From NCBI GenBank assembly GCA_964016885.1, contig OZ024752.1:49476001-49540000 (forward strand): a stretch of 64,000 nucleotides of DNA, written 5' to 3'. Shown in pieces: positions 29,134 to 41,010 of this stretch (position 1 is its first letter; each line of letters begins with the position of its first letter). The DNA comes from Eledone cirrhosa. Lineage: Eukaryota. A model generated the notes under the pieces. The model saw only the letters and a program-made list of their open reading frames with translations. It was not told the DNA's origin and ran no database searches. A program made the position numbers and the translations under genes.

Positions 29134-29245
29134 GTATTTATCTCTCTTTATTATATTATATTATAAGGCTCGGAAAAAATGTTTTCCTTGAGCTATTTTA
29201 ATTATAAGGGACTATTGTGAGTTTTTAACTCAATATATACTTTTG

Positions 29246-29380
<135 letters not shown>

Positions 29381-29516
29381 AACATATCAGGTCAGATAGA
29401 ACCTTGCGCTGGTCAGTGGCGAAACGCGCGTCACCAGCTAATAAATGTCATGAAGGAGTAACCAATCGTCCTTGTTATCTTATTAAACTATATATAAAAA
29501 TATATATATATAAATG

Positions 29517-29866
29517 TAGAAGTTCTATTTAAATTGTTGGGATACAACAAGCAAATATTTTTATAACTGATATAAAGCACTCAACAAATATTTGGAGTAA
29601 AAATACAATATATTAACAAATGGAAACTATATTTATAAAACCATATTTATTTCATTATACATATTTCAAGGACACCAAGTTAAATTATGGTGTGCTTTCA
29701 TCAGATAAAATATAATATAGAGCAGTTTTATAAATAAATATTGACATACCCTTAAAGAATGCGACCATTTCTGTTGGAAGCTCCATAATTTAACTTGGTG
29801 TCCTTGAAATATGTATGATGAAATAAATATGGTTTTATAAATATAGTTTCCATTTGTTAATATCGT
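29517..29866 (-). mobile_element. Penelope-like element end (family A) with ~80-bp fold-back
   Basis: Homologous to 24974 and 36556; inverted arms ~29609-29690 and ~29782-29863; hammerhead at 29648-29712. Confidence 0.6.
29648..29712 (-). ncRNA. Minimal type-I hammerhead ribozyme (family A)
   Basis: Reverse complement: TATTTTAT CTGATGA AAGCACACCA TAATTTAACT TGGTGTCCTT GAAA TATGTATA ATGAAATA. Confidence 0.78.
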
Positions 29867-30016
29867 ATATATATATATACACAGAAATATCCACGGTTAG
29901 TTGTGGGGTCTAGTCAACAACTAACCGTGGATATTTCTGTGCATCTTGCTCTTTCAATATATTTTTTCATAATTGTCTCCACTTCTGTGACTTGAATTTT
30001 TATTTCATTGTTTTAA

Positions 30017-30054
<38 letters not shown>

Positions 30055-30095
30055 CGAAACATAAGTCAATTGCATGAACTCATAATCCTTTATTT

Positions 30096-30151
30096 ACTGC
30101 TATATATATTTCGATGATAGCCATTGAATGGCTATGACCTCATCAGGCAGT
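30096..30151 (-). ncRNA. Minimal type-I hammerhead ribozyme (family B)
   Basis: Reverse complement: ACTGC CTGATGA GGTCATAGCCAT-TCA-ATGGCTATCATC GAAA TATATATA GCAGT. Perfect stem I, 12-bp stem II with one mismatch, palindromic stem III. Confidence 0.85.
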
Positions 30152-30210
30152 TAGTCAGTTCTTAGATATGCCAGCTCTGTGTTTATAGTGTTGATGGTAT
30201 CAGAGCCTTT

Positions 30211-30246
<36 letters not shown>

Positions 30247-30294
30247 TTGCGAGGTTTTTTATATGAAATCGTGTGTCGAAACAAATATTGTTAT

Positions 30295-30543
30295 ACAACA
30301 CCACTGACGATGTTGCAGATGTGCAACGAAAGATTTATGATAAACTATATATATGTGCTTGTGTCTATATTGTATCTGTATTATTTTTGACCGTCGGTCA
30401 GTCAATGGCAACATTGAGGACCGAGTAAGTTAGATTACTGATATAAAAGACAGCGAGAAGCGAAAACCAACCAAACAGTGAGTGTGTTCTGTTATTAATT
30501 CTGGCAATATTACACAAATATGACCCTCCCCAAGTATAACAAT
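30295..30543 (+). mobile_element. Hammerhead-bearing element (family C) ending ATGACCCTCCCCAAGTATAACAA(TA)n
   Basis: The 3' ~130 bp is nearly identical to 45914-46042. The same terminus occurs on the - strand at 62200-62222, and a related segment at ~25590. Confidence 0.55.
30300..30341 (+). ncRNA. Degenerate hammerhead ribozyme (family C)
   Basis: ACCA CTGACGA T GTTGCA-GATG-TGCAAC GAAA GATTTA TGAT; stem I has a mismatch; same layout as 62331-62375. Confidence 0.55.
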
Positions 30544-30657
30544 ATATATATATATATGTATTCCCCTGGGTTTTGAAGCTTTCTATTCCCTATCCTCACT
30601 GAACTTATAACATGAAGTTCACATGAGGATATGTCACTATCTTTACACCAAATATTA

Positions 30658-30718
30658 TATTTTAACTGACAAAAGCATACTTAAATATTAGTACCCTTGA
30701 AATACGTATAATGATGTA
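30658..30718 (+). ncRNA. Degenerate hammerhead ribozyme (family A, core mutated to CTGACAA)
   Basis: CTGACAA AAGCATACT...AGTACCCTT GAAA TACGTATA ATGA; stem III palindrome ATACGTAT; downstream GTTGAGTGCTT motif at ~30791. Confidence 0.5.
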
Positions 30719-30857
30719 AATATGGTTTTATAAATATATTTTGCATTTATTAATATTATTCATATTAATGAAACTCCAGATAAAATTCTTGTTGAGTGCT
30801 TCTAATCTTTTGTAAAATTAACTTTGTTGAATAATCAACAAACCAAATAATTCATTG

Positions 30858-30901
<44 letters not shown>

Positions 30902-31488
30902 CTTGCAAGCAGGGAAAAGTGGACGTAAAATGAAATGATGATGAAATGATATATATATTTAATACATTAACAGAGAAAGCCTTAAGCGATACTCTGACCA
31001 ACTCCATCTCACTCAACAAACATTAGGATATACCTAAGTATAATCCCAATTAAGTGTTTGGGGTGCTAACTATATAGTATTCCATGGATAGCTGGTTGTA
31101 TTATTTTATATGAGACATATATATATATATCATCATCATCATCATCATTTCATTTTACATCCACTTTTCCCTGCTTGCAAGGGTGGGACGGGAACTGATA
31201 CTGGCTTGATTTCTACAGCTGGATGCCCTTCCTAACACCAACCTCATTTACAGTGAGTGCTGGGTGCTTTTTTGTCGTGGCACCCCCACGACCACTTTGC
31301 AGTGGAATGATAGGGACCCCAGTCCCTATCATCTCATTTCTACAGCTGAGTAAACTGGAGCAATGTGAAATAAAGTGTCTTGCTCAAGGAAACAACACAT
31401 CACCCGGTCTGAGAATTGAACTCACAACCTTTCGATTGCAAGCCCAATGCTCTAACCACTAGGCCATGTGCCTCCATATATATATTAC

Positions 31489-31623
31489 TCGTGGCAACTT
31501 GACCATTGTACTGTTGTTCTGTTGGCAGCATAATTTACTGCTGATAATGTAGTTTTGAAACTCAGGAATGATACAAGATCCGCAGCCAATGGTGCTTCTG
31601 ATGCTGCCATTGGTTAATATGAC
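31489..31623 (-). CDS. Candidate 135-nt phase-0 exon of a nested antisense gene (Cys-rich, extracellular-like peptide)
   Basis: On the - strand: tatttattgtttatattgtAG | VILTNGSIRSTIGCGSCIIPEFQNYIISSKLCCQQNNSTMVKLPR | GTAATA; unique, GC-richer island among repeats. Confidence 0.35.
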
Positions 31624-32003
31624 CTACAATATAAACAATAAATAATAGAGACACAGTAAGCTTCATCCCCCACCCCTCCCCCGATATTGCTTACTTCTTC
31701 CTCATTCTTTATATATTTAAACATATTTTATTTTTGAGGGGGGTGGGGGTCTTTTTATTCATGTTTAAATGGAATGTTTATTGCTCAGATACAAACTACA
31801 ACCACAACAACAACAACACCATCTAATAATTGTTTCTCCATTTGACTCAAGGCCAGCAATATTGGGCAGGGGGGGGGGGAGAAGAAAGTCAATTAAAATA
31901 ACCCCATTGCATTACTGGTACCTTGTTTTATAGATCCTGTAAGAATGATCTAAGCTCAAATCATGGAAATTGATTTGATTTTTATCATTCCAAGTTCAAT
32001 AAA

Positions 32004-32640
32004 GAAAGAACTGCTGGACGGATTTTACAGGTAAAACTAACCCAAAGGTAGACCCAGAGGTAGACCGAGAGGTAGAGCCAGAGGTAGACCGAGAGGTAGA
32101 CCGAGAGGTAGACCCAAAGGTAGACTGAGAGGTAGACCCAGAGGTAGAGCCAGAGGTAGACCTAGAGGTAGACTCGAGGTAGACCCAGAGGTAGACCCAA
32201 AGGTAGACCGAGAGGTTGACCCAGAGGTAGACCTAGAGGTTGACCCAAAGGTAGACTTCGAGGTAGACCCAGAGGTAGACCCAAAGGTAGACCCAGAGGT
32301 AGACCCAGAGGTAGACCCAAAGGTAGACCCAAAGGTAGACCCAGAGGTAGACCCAGAGGTAGACCTAGAGGTAGAGCCAGAGGTAGAGCCAGAGGTAGAC
32401 CTAGAGGTAGACCCAGAGGTAGACCCAGAGGTAGACTTCGAGGTAGACCCAGAGGTAGACCCAAAGGTAGACCCAGAGGTAGACCCAGAGGTAGACCCAA
32501 AGGTAGACCCAAAGGTAGACCCAGAGGTAGAGCCAGAGGTAGACCTAGAGGTAGACCCAGAGGTAGACCCAGAGGTAGACCCCGAGGTAGACCCAGAGGT
32601 AGACCCCGAGCAAGATTGTTGGATAACATCCATGAGCTCT
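32004..32640 (+). repeat. 12-bp minisatellite (AGACCCAGAGGT, ~47 units) expanded inside the same RTE-LINE fragment
   Basis: Flanks AAAGAACTGCTGGACGGATTTTA and TTGGATAACATCCATGAGCT match 3243-3338; the unit encodes R-P-R-G; 180-bp higher-order repeat (32281 = 32461). Confidence 0.85.
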
Positions 32641-32800
32641 TTATATTCTTAACTGGAATCTCATTGAGGTCATCGCTATCTTTCAGCTTATTGTGGGGGG
32701 TCAGTGAGTAATATACCAGTTAAATACTGGGTCTAATTTAATACAATATCTCCCCCTTCCCTGTAAAATGTATGGCTTTATGCCTATATTATAAATAATT

Positions 32801-32987
32801 GTTTCTACTTTTGGCACAAGGCCAGCAAATTACCCAGTGTATTACTGGTACTTTATTTTATCGACCCCCGTAAGGATGAAAGGCAATGTTGACCTCGGCG
32901 GGATTTGAACTCAGAATGGCAAGGGCCGTAACTCTATGCGTCAAAGCATGGTGCCCGACCCTCTACCGGTACAGCCAATCCACCGCC
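32801..32987 (-). mobile_element. tRNA-derived SINE (family S1) with ~16-bp TSD
   Basis: Reverse complement of family S1; TATATTATAAATAATT flanks both sides. Confidence 0.88.
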
Positions 32988-33122
32988 TATATTATAAATA
33001 ATTATAATTGATATTATTTTTATTGTTATTATTACCCCCCCACCCTCGTATTTATTTATTTATTTGAAGCATTATATTGTATATGTTATTAATTAATAGA
33101 AAAAACCTTTAGTGAATGTAAA

Positions 33123-33172
<50 letters not shown>

Positions 33173-33293
33173 GGTGGTGGTGGTGGTGGTGGTGGTGGTG
33201 GTGGTACCTTCAAAGAAGGTATACATATATATACATATATATACATATATATATGTATATATATACATATATATATATATACATATATATATG

Positions 33294-33348
<55 letters not shown>

Positions 33349-33351
33349 GTG

Positions 33352-33407
<56 letters not shown>

Positions 33408-33430
33408 CATATATATATGTATATATATAC

Positions 33431-33479
<49 letters not shown>

Positions 33480-33596
33480 CATATATATATATATACATAT
33501 ATATATACATATATATACATATATATACATATATGCATATATATATACATATATATATATATACATATATATATACATATATGCATATATATATAC

Positions 33597-33673
<77 letters not shown>

Positions 33674-33677
33674 TATT

Positions 33678-33710
<33 letters not shown>

Positions 33711-34029
33711 GTGTGTGTGCTTATATATATATATATTATTTCTGAAAGAGAGTTGTTGATATATCTTGTTTTTAGGAGGAATATTTTAAGTCACATTAAC
33801 TCCCCATTAAATTTTGTGTAGATCAGAACAAAGGACCGAAAATCTAACCCTTTGGGTTTCAAAAAAATATTTCAATATAGTTGGATCACTTCATTTCCCT
33901 GTGATTCAAGAACTCAAATTTTTTTAGCATGTTTAGTTTAGAAGATAAATGAATATGGAATGGATTAGAAGACATTTTGAATTTTAGATGCAACTAATTA
34001 CTATTATTTTTATCATTATTTTGTTATTT

Positions 34030-34067
<38 letters not shown>

Positions 34068-34177
34068 CTCTCTTATAAATTTTATTTTACACACAAAAAA
34101 AACTCCCCACATTGTATCATTCTGTACTGTCTTTAAATGTCTGCTTAATGTAAGCCCTGTGTGGCTGATAAAGAAAG

Positions 34178-34390
34178 TTGGTTTGGCAGTATCGGTAGAG
34201 CATCAGACACCATGCTTTGTAGCATAAAGTTGTGGCCCTTTACGTTCTGAGTTCAAATCCCGTCGAGGTTAACTTTGCCTTTCATCCTTATGGTGTTGAT
34301 AAAATAAAGTACCAGTAATGCACTGGGTTGATTTAATTGAATCCCCCCCCACCCTCCCTGAAAATTGCTGCCTTGTGCCTAAAGTAGAAA
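34178..34390 (+). mobile_element. tRNA-derived SINE (family S1, long 3' variant); partial copy follows at ~34606-34712
   Basis: TTGGCAGTATCGGTAG...GAGTTCAAATCC...CCTTGTGCCTAAAGTAGAAA. Confidence 0.8.
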
Positions 34391-35228
34391 TCATTATTAT
34401 TATTATTATTAGTCCACCCCCTATCGGGGAATTTATTTTGTTATATTTATGCATAGTTTATTTTATATTTTTATATCTTCATTGTTAAATTAGTCCTGCC
34501 ATTGTGCACTTTTACTCGACCTTATTGTAAACCCCCTACTGTCCCTGTCTTTGTATTGTCCCCTACATGTCAGCCCTTGTGGCTAATAAATGAAATCATT
34601 ATTATCAAATCCCGCCGAGGTTGACTTTGCCTTTCATCCTTACGGGGTCGATAAAATAAAGTACCAGTAATGCACTGGGATAATTGCTGGCCTTGTGCCT
34701 AAAGTAGAAACAATTATTATTATTATTATTATTATTATTATTTCCATCTTATGTATTATTATTATTATCATCTTATGTAGACAAATACCAAAACGGTTGC
34801 TGTTTGATAGACTCATGACATGTTTACATGAATATCAGCATCTAAACTTCTTAGATGTTAGTAGTAGGGGTGTGGCGTATGGGGTGTATGGGGTGTGGAT
34901 ATTTCTCTCTTTAATCCACTATGTTCTGCATTTCGACATTTGTCTGGTCCCAAGGGTTGACGGATTAAAGAGATTCCATAATACATTCATAATTATTTAT
35001 GATTTTGAGTCATAGAAATTTGCATGTAATAATTTGATGTGTTGTCCAGATGAGATAACACAAGATTGACTGGTAAGGCAATATAATTTGCTACATACAG
35101 TACAGAAGTACTACAGACTCATCCAAAATATGTCAGGATGAACAGAATAAATGTTAAAACAACCGAAAAATGACAGAATATTCTTATTAAATAAATTACG
35201 AAAAAAAAAAGTATATATATATTTTTTT

Positions 35229-35348
35229 GTTTATGGCCATATCATGCTGAAAACACTGGTTCTCGTCTGATCAACGAAGTTACACAACATCGAGCCTATT
35301 TAGTACTTAGATGGGTGACCGCTTGGGAAACCTAGGTGCTGTAAGCAT
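35229..35348 (+). rRNA. 5S rRNA-like sequence (dispersed, diverged copy; probably a pseudogene or the head of a 5S-derived SINE)
   Basis: 120 nt GTTTATGGCCATATCATGCTGAAAACACTGGTTCTCGTCTGATCAACGAAGTTACACAACATCGAGCCTATTTAGTACTTAGATGGGTGACCGCTTGGGAAACCTAGGTGCTGTAAGCAT matches the metazoan 5S consensus, including the box C region (GATGGGTGACC). Single copy, with apparent CpG-decay changes and only TTT at the end. Confidence 0.9.
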
Positions 35349-35463
35349 TTCCCAAGAGCGGTGCCCCAGCATGACCTCAGCCGGATGGCTAGAATAGGTA
35401 AAAGAGATATCTTGTTTCTAAAATTACTTACAAGGAGTTTATTTTCTTCAATGTTTCTGTTAA

Positions 35464-36272
35464 CACTTTAGCATTTACATTACTCTATATATACTATTAT
35501 ATTTTCACAGTAAAGGCTTTACCTCACATAATATCTCACATAGCATTTACATTACTCTATATATACTATTATATTTTCACAGTAAAGGCTTTACCTCACA
35601 TAATATCTCACATAGCATTTACATTACTCTATATATACTATTATATTTTCACAGTAAAGGCTTTACCTCACATAATATCTCACATAGCATTTACATTACT
35701 CTATATATACTATTATATTTTCACAGTAAAGGCTTTACCTCACATAATATCTCACATAGCATTTACATTACTCTATATATACTATTATATTTTCACAGTA
35801 AAGACTTTACCTCACATAATATCTCACATAGCATTTACATTACTCTATATATACTATTATATTTTCACAGTAAAGACTTTACCTCACATAATATCTCACA
35901 TAGCATTTACATTACTCTATATATACTATTATATTTTCACAGTAAAGGCTTTACCTCACATAATATCTCATAACATTTACATTACTCTATATGTACTACT
36001 GTATTTTCCCAGTAAAGGCTTTACCTCTCATAATATCTCACATAACATTTACATTACTCTATATATACTATTGTATTTTCATGGTAAAGGCTTTACCTCA
36101 CATAATATCTCACATATTTACATTACTCTATATATACTATTGTATTTTCACAGTAAAGGCTTTACCTCACATAATATCTCACATAACATTTACATTACTC
36201 CATATATACTATTGTATTTTCACAGTAAAGGCTTTACCTCACATAATATGGAATCTATAAGATTTTGATGAT
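35464..36272. mobile_element. Truncated M1 MITE with ~11 72-bp units
   Basis: TTAA|CACTTTAGCATTT start, 72-bp array, then M1 internal sequence that stops before the right TIR. Confidence 0.8.
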
Positions 36273-36503
36273 GTTTTTTTATTAACTATATACATACATA
36301 TACATATATATATATATATATATAATATATATATATATATATAAGATAACAAGATATCATTTAAGGTAATCGAAGTAGAGGTTCAAGTTGAGTGACGTAA
36401 CTTCTAACGATCAGCGACTTTTAGACACGCCAGACTAATGAAACAATTGTTAATACTTTAAATAAACCCTGTTGTACAGCCAACCATGTTATTCTTCACT
36501 TTT

Positions 36504-36555
<52 letters not shown>

Positions 36556-36557
<2 letters not shown>

Positions 36558-36885
36558 AAGTTCTATTTAAATTGTTGCGATACAACAAGCAAATATTTTT
36601 ATAACTGATATAAAGCACTCAACAAGTATTTGGAGTAAACATATGATATTAACAAATGGAAACTATATTTATAAAACCATATTTATTTCATTATACATAT
36701 TTCAAGGACACCAAGTTAAATTATGGTGTGCTTTCATCAGATAAAATATAATATAGAGCAGTTTTATAAATAAATATTGACATACCCTTAAAGAATGCAA
36801 CCATTACTGTTGGAAGCTTCCGGATACAATAGTATATATAATATAATTACTCCATTACCAAAGGTTTAATTAAATAGCTCTGTTC
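36556..36885 (-). mobile_element. Penelope-like element end (family A), no fold-back, abutting (TA)n
   Basis: Near-identical to 29517-29780; hammerhead at 36684-36748. Confidence 0.6.
36684..36748 (-). ncRNA. Minimal type-I hammerhead ribozyme (family A)
   Basis: Nearly identical to 29648-29712. Confidence 0.78.
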
Positions 36886-36968
36886 TATATATATATCATG
36901 TATTTCCTACTTTCAAAATGTTCATTATATTGTCTGACCCATGCTAGAGTGGAAAATGGACGTTAAAC

Positions 36969-37008
<40 letters not shown>

Positions 37009-37569
37009 GTCTGCAACCTGGAATTGTCTGACAAGTTAAAACAGCTCTCTCTGACTAATATAATATATAATATGAAGTGTTTTACTCCAGAACACAACAG
37101 ACAACTTAGCCAGGAATTGAACCCACCACATTGTGATCATAAGTTCAGCACTATTACCACTAGGCCACTAATAACTGGATATGTCCTATTAATAATAGCA
37201 ACTGCTTGACAAAATCCTACAAGTCTGTAAACCACCGACACAAGGTTATAGGAACAATAGGTAGGAAGTAAGACATAAAAGCTTATGTAAAAAAATGTTT
37301 ATAATAGACGGGATATAAAATGCAACTGGTGATGGTGATGATGATGATGATGATGATAAGCTAATCCTCTAATATTTGTTTGTTTGTTTGTTTGTTTTGG
37401 TTTTTTTTTCATCTCTAATTATCATGATGAAACAATGAAATAAGGAACTATAGATATAAAAGAAAAAAAATATTGTTTTATGAAATATGATGACACAAAA
37501 ACCTGATAAGAACAAGATATTTCTTTCTTTTGAAATAATCTTGTGGCTGTTGGTGGCTTACCTCAGATA

Positions 37570-37620
<51 letters not shown>

Positions 37621-37641
37621 ATATATATATGTGTGTGTGTG

Positions 37642-37730
<89 letters not shown>

Positions 37731-37891
37731 GTGTGGGTGTGTGTATATATATATATATGTGTGTGTGTATATATATGTGTGTGTGTATATATATGTGTGT
37801 GTGTGTGTGTGTATATATATATGTGTGTGTATATATATATGTGTGTGGGTGGGTGTATATATATATATGTGTGTGTGTGTGTATATATATA

Positions 37892-37948
<57 letters not shown>

Positions 37949-37969
37949 ATATATATGTGTGTGTGTGTG

Positions 37970-38018
<49 letters not shown>

Positions 38019-38101
38019 GTGTGTGTGTATATATATGTGTGTGTGTGTGTATATATATATATGTGTGTGGGTGGGTGTATATATATGTGTGGGTGTGTAT
38101 G

Positions 38102-38136
<35 letters not shown>

Positions 38137-38498
38137 ATATATATGTGTGTGTGTGAATATATATATATGTGTGTGTGTCAGCTTAGTCCAGTGGAAGTTA
38201 TTAGCGTGGATAATTTGATATTAGGTGATAGAGAATAAATATTTATTTATCACATGCAACACCCAGCATAGTGTTTAGAATTGAATACAGGCGCTTGTCA
38301 AAAAGATGATATATATATATAATGTGTATATAGATATAGATAGATAGAGAGAGAGAGAGAGAGAACTGGAAGGTAATATCCGTAGTGGTAGAGCACTCAG
38401 TCCATGGGACGAGTTTGGTAGAAGTGGTTACACAACAGTTAATTCACCATACCGAGTACAATTGTTTCGGTATGGTGAACTAACTATTGTGTAACCAC

Positions 38499-38572
<74 letters not shown>

Positions 38573-38689
38573 GTTAGTACAAAGCTTTGAGAGATATATA
38601 ATAAAAGACCGATAAGTTTTAAAAAGTGGAGTACATTCTATAAGAACCACAAGCATTCTGACCAGATCTCCAGTTTGAGGACACCATCT

Positions 38690-39000
38690 TCTTTCTCTCC
38701 CTACCACCTGTCACAGAGGCCCTGAAAAGGTGCATAACCTCTGTCCTTCCTCTCCCACCAGTCTGAGAGACTCTGAAAAGGATCATGGGCATTGCCCTTC
38801 CCTCCCACCAATCTGAGACCCTGAAAAGGGTCACGGGCATTGCCCTTCCCTCCCACCAATCTGAGACCCTGAAAAGGGTCACGGGCATTGCCCTTCCCTC
38901 CCACCAATCTCAGAGACCCTGGAAAGGGTCACAGGCATTGCCTTTTCCTCCCACTAATCTCAGAGACCCTGGAAAGGGTCACAGGCATTGCCCTTCCTTC
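38690..39000. repeat. 48-50-bp minisatellite (GGCATTGCCCTTCCCTCCCACCAATCTGAGACCCTGAAAAGGGTCACG)
   Basis: Units at 38788, 38836, 38884 and 38934; internal GACCCT/AGGGTC hairpin. Confidence 0.85.
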
Positions 39001-39308
39001 CTGGAATTAAAAACATTTTAAAAAATCTATTGGGAATTAGTGAATTGGAAGATATAAAAAAACCAAAAATCAAAGAAATATAAAGTTAGATTTATATTCT
39101 TCAACTTTAAAAGATCAATTATTCATTTGTGAAATCAATAAAATAAATTTCAATTATAATTTTCCAAGTGTAACAAATTAATTGCAGCCTATTACAAGAC
39201 TGATGTTGCTGCTTCTCAATTTCTTAATCTTCTTCTTCATCTTCTTCTTGTTATATTATTGTTGTTGTTGTTATTATTATCATTATTGTTATTATTGTTA
39301 TTATTATT

Positions 39309-39505
39309 AAGGGCGGTGGATTGGCAGTATCGGTAGAGGGTCGGACGCCATGCTTTGCAGCATAGAGTTACGGCCCTTTATGATCTGAGTTCAAATCCCG
39401 CCGAGGTTAACTTTGCCTTTCATTCATCCTTCTTACGGGGGCCAATAAAATAAAGTACCAGTAATGTACTGTGATAATTGCTGGCCTTGTGCCTAAAGTA
39501 GAAAC
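39309..39505 (+). mobile_element. tRNA-derived SINE (family S1); truncated copies follow at ~39696-39903
   Basis: Full head and core, followed by an (ATT)n tail. Confidence 0.85.
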
Positions 39506-40501
39506 GATTATTATTATTATTATTATTACCATTATTATTGTTACCATTATCTGATTTCTACACACTTCAGTCCCCAAGTTCATGTAACCCACCTTTGTAA
39601 GTTCCATTTCATTCAGTGCTCCTGTGGCTAATAAAAGAAATTATTAATATATTATTATTATTATCATTTTTATTATTATTATCATTATTACTATTTTCAT
39701 CCTTATGGGGTCAATAAATTGCTGGTCTTGTGCCTAAAGTAGAAACAATTATTATTATTATTATTATTAGAGTTATGGCCCTTTGCAGTCTGAGTTCAAA
39801 TCCCGCCGAGGTTAACTTTGCTTTTCATCCTTACGGGGTCGATAAAATAAAGTACCAGTAATACACTGAGATAATTGCTGGCCTTGTGCCTAAAGTAGAA
39901 ACAATTATTATTGTTGTCGTCATTGTTGTTGTTGTTGTTGTTATCATCATCATTATCATCATAATTATATAATATAAAATATTAATAATAATATTATTTT
40001 TATTAATTGTTATATAATACCAATATGAATTGAAAGGTAAATTTCAGTAATTTCGTTATTTTGACACCTGGATGTTAGCTTAGCATTCTCTCAGGTCTTA
40101 TAATTCTATTACATGACTTCTTTTTTTTTTTCCTCCTTTTAAAACGAATTCATATAAATGATTGGCTGCTTTCTAAAATTCCTTCTCCACCCATTAGATT
40201 TACGGCATTCCTCTGTGTTCCAATCATTGAAGTCTGCTGTCATACATACATAGAATCAGTCAGTAGTAAGCTTGCTTTGCTAAGCAGTGACAGTAGCAGA
40301 AGCAACAGACTTTATATAGATATTCCAATACGTCTGCTTTATATATATATAGGAAGAAGATTTGTTTACAAAATTCTTGTTTTGAAATTCTGATGTTTGA
40401 GCTAAGAGCTGTGTCTGTGAAAGAAATTCTTCCTCTTTGGAAGTAAAATGGTCAGTTGAGACAGTAACAGACTATAGACTATATTGGACATTAGATATTC
40501 T

Positions 40502-41010
40502 TTAACCCTACAGTTACCACATTTCTAATGAAAGAATCAAACACACTGCCAATGATTTTCAAATAATATTGAAAATCAACAAGAATTTATTAAGCTGGGG
40601 TTTGGAACAAAACTTAACAAAGGTTCTGACATAATTTAGAAAATCAACAAGAATTTATTAAGCTGGGGTTTGGAACATAACTTAACAAAGGTTCTGACAT
40701 AATTTTGAAAATAAACAAGAATTTATCAAGCTGGGGTTTGGAACATGATCTAAATGTTCTGACATAATTTTGAAAATAAACAAGAATTTATCAAGCTGGA
40801 GTTTGGAACATGATCTAAATGTTCTGACATAATTTTGAAAATAAACAAGAATTTATCAAACTGGGGTTTGGAACATAACTTAACAAAGGTTCTGACATGT
40901 AATTATGATGAAAAGTTTTTAGCTAAATATAAGCATTTTGGAATTATCAACTTCGTATTGTAGAATCAGGGAGAGTTTCAGGAAGTTTGGTGTCAAAAGG
41001 GTATTTAATA
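40502..41010. mobile_element. Degenerate TTAA-CCCT element with internal ~60-bp tandem; related AT-rich relics at ~13740-13970, ~41030-41260 and ~59900-60710
   Basis: TTAACCCT...AAAAGGGT ends; the unit GAAAATAAACAAGAATTTATCAAGCTGGGGTTTGGAACAT...GTTCTGACAT repeats ~5x over 40570-40900. Confidence 0.45.

Noticed and set aside
32037-32633. ORFs (STSG)n / (LPLG)n as a structural protein
   Set aside because: Reverse-strand translation of a 12-bp minisatellite inside a decayed LINE fragment
34780-35100. Unique island as a coding exon
   Set aside because: All three - strand frames hit stops within short distances and no motif is recognisable
35229-35348. Functional 5S rRNA gene
   Set aside because: Isolated copy with several substitutions and no 4-T terminator; treated as a pseudogene or SINE head
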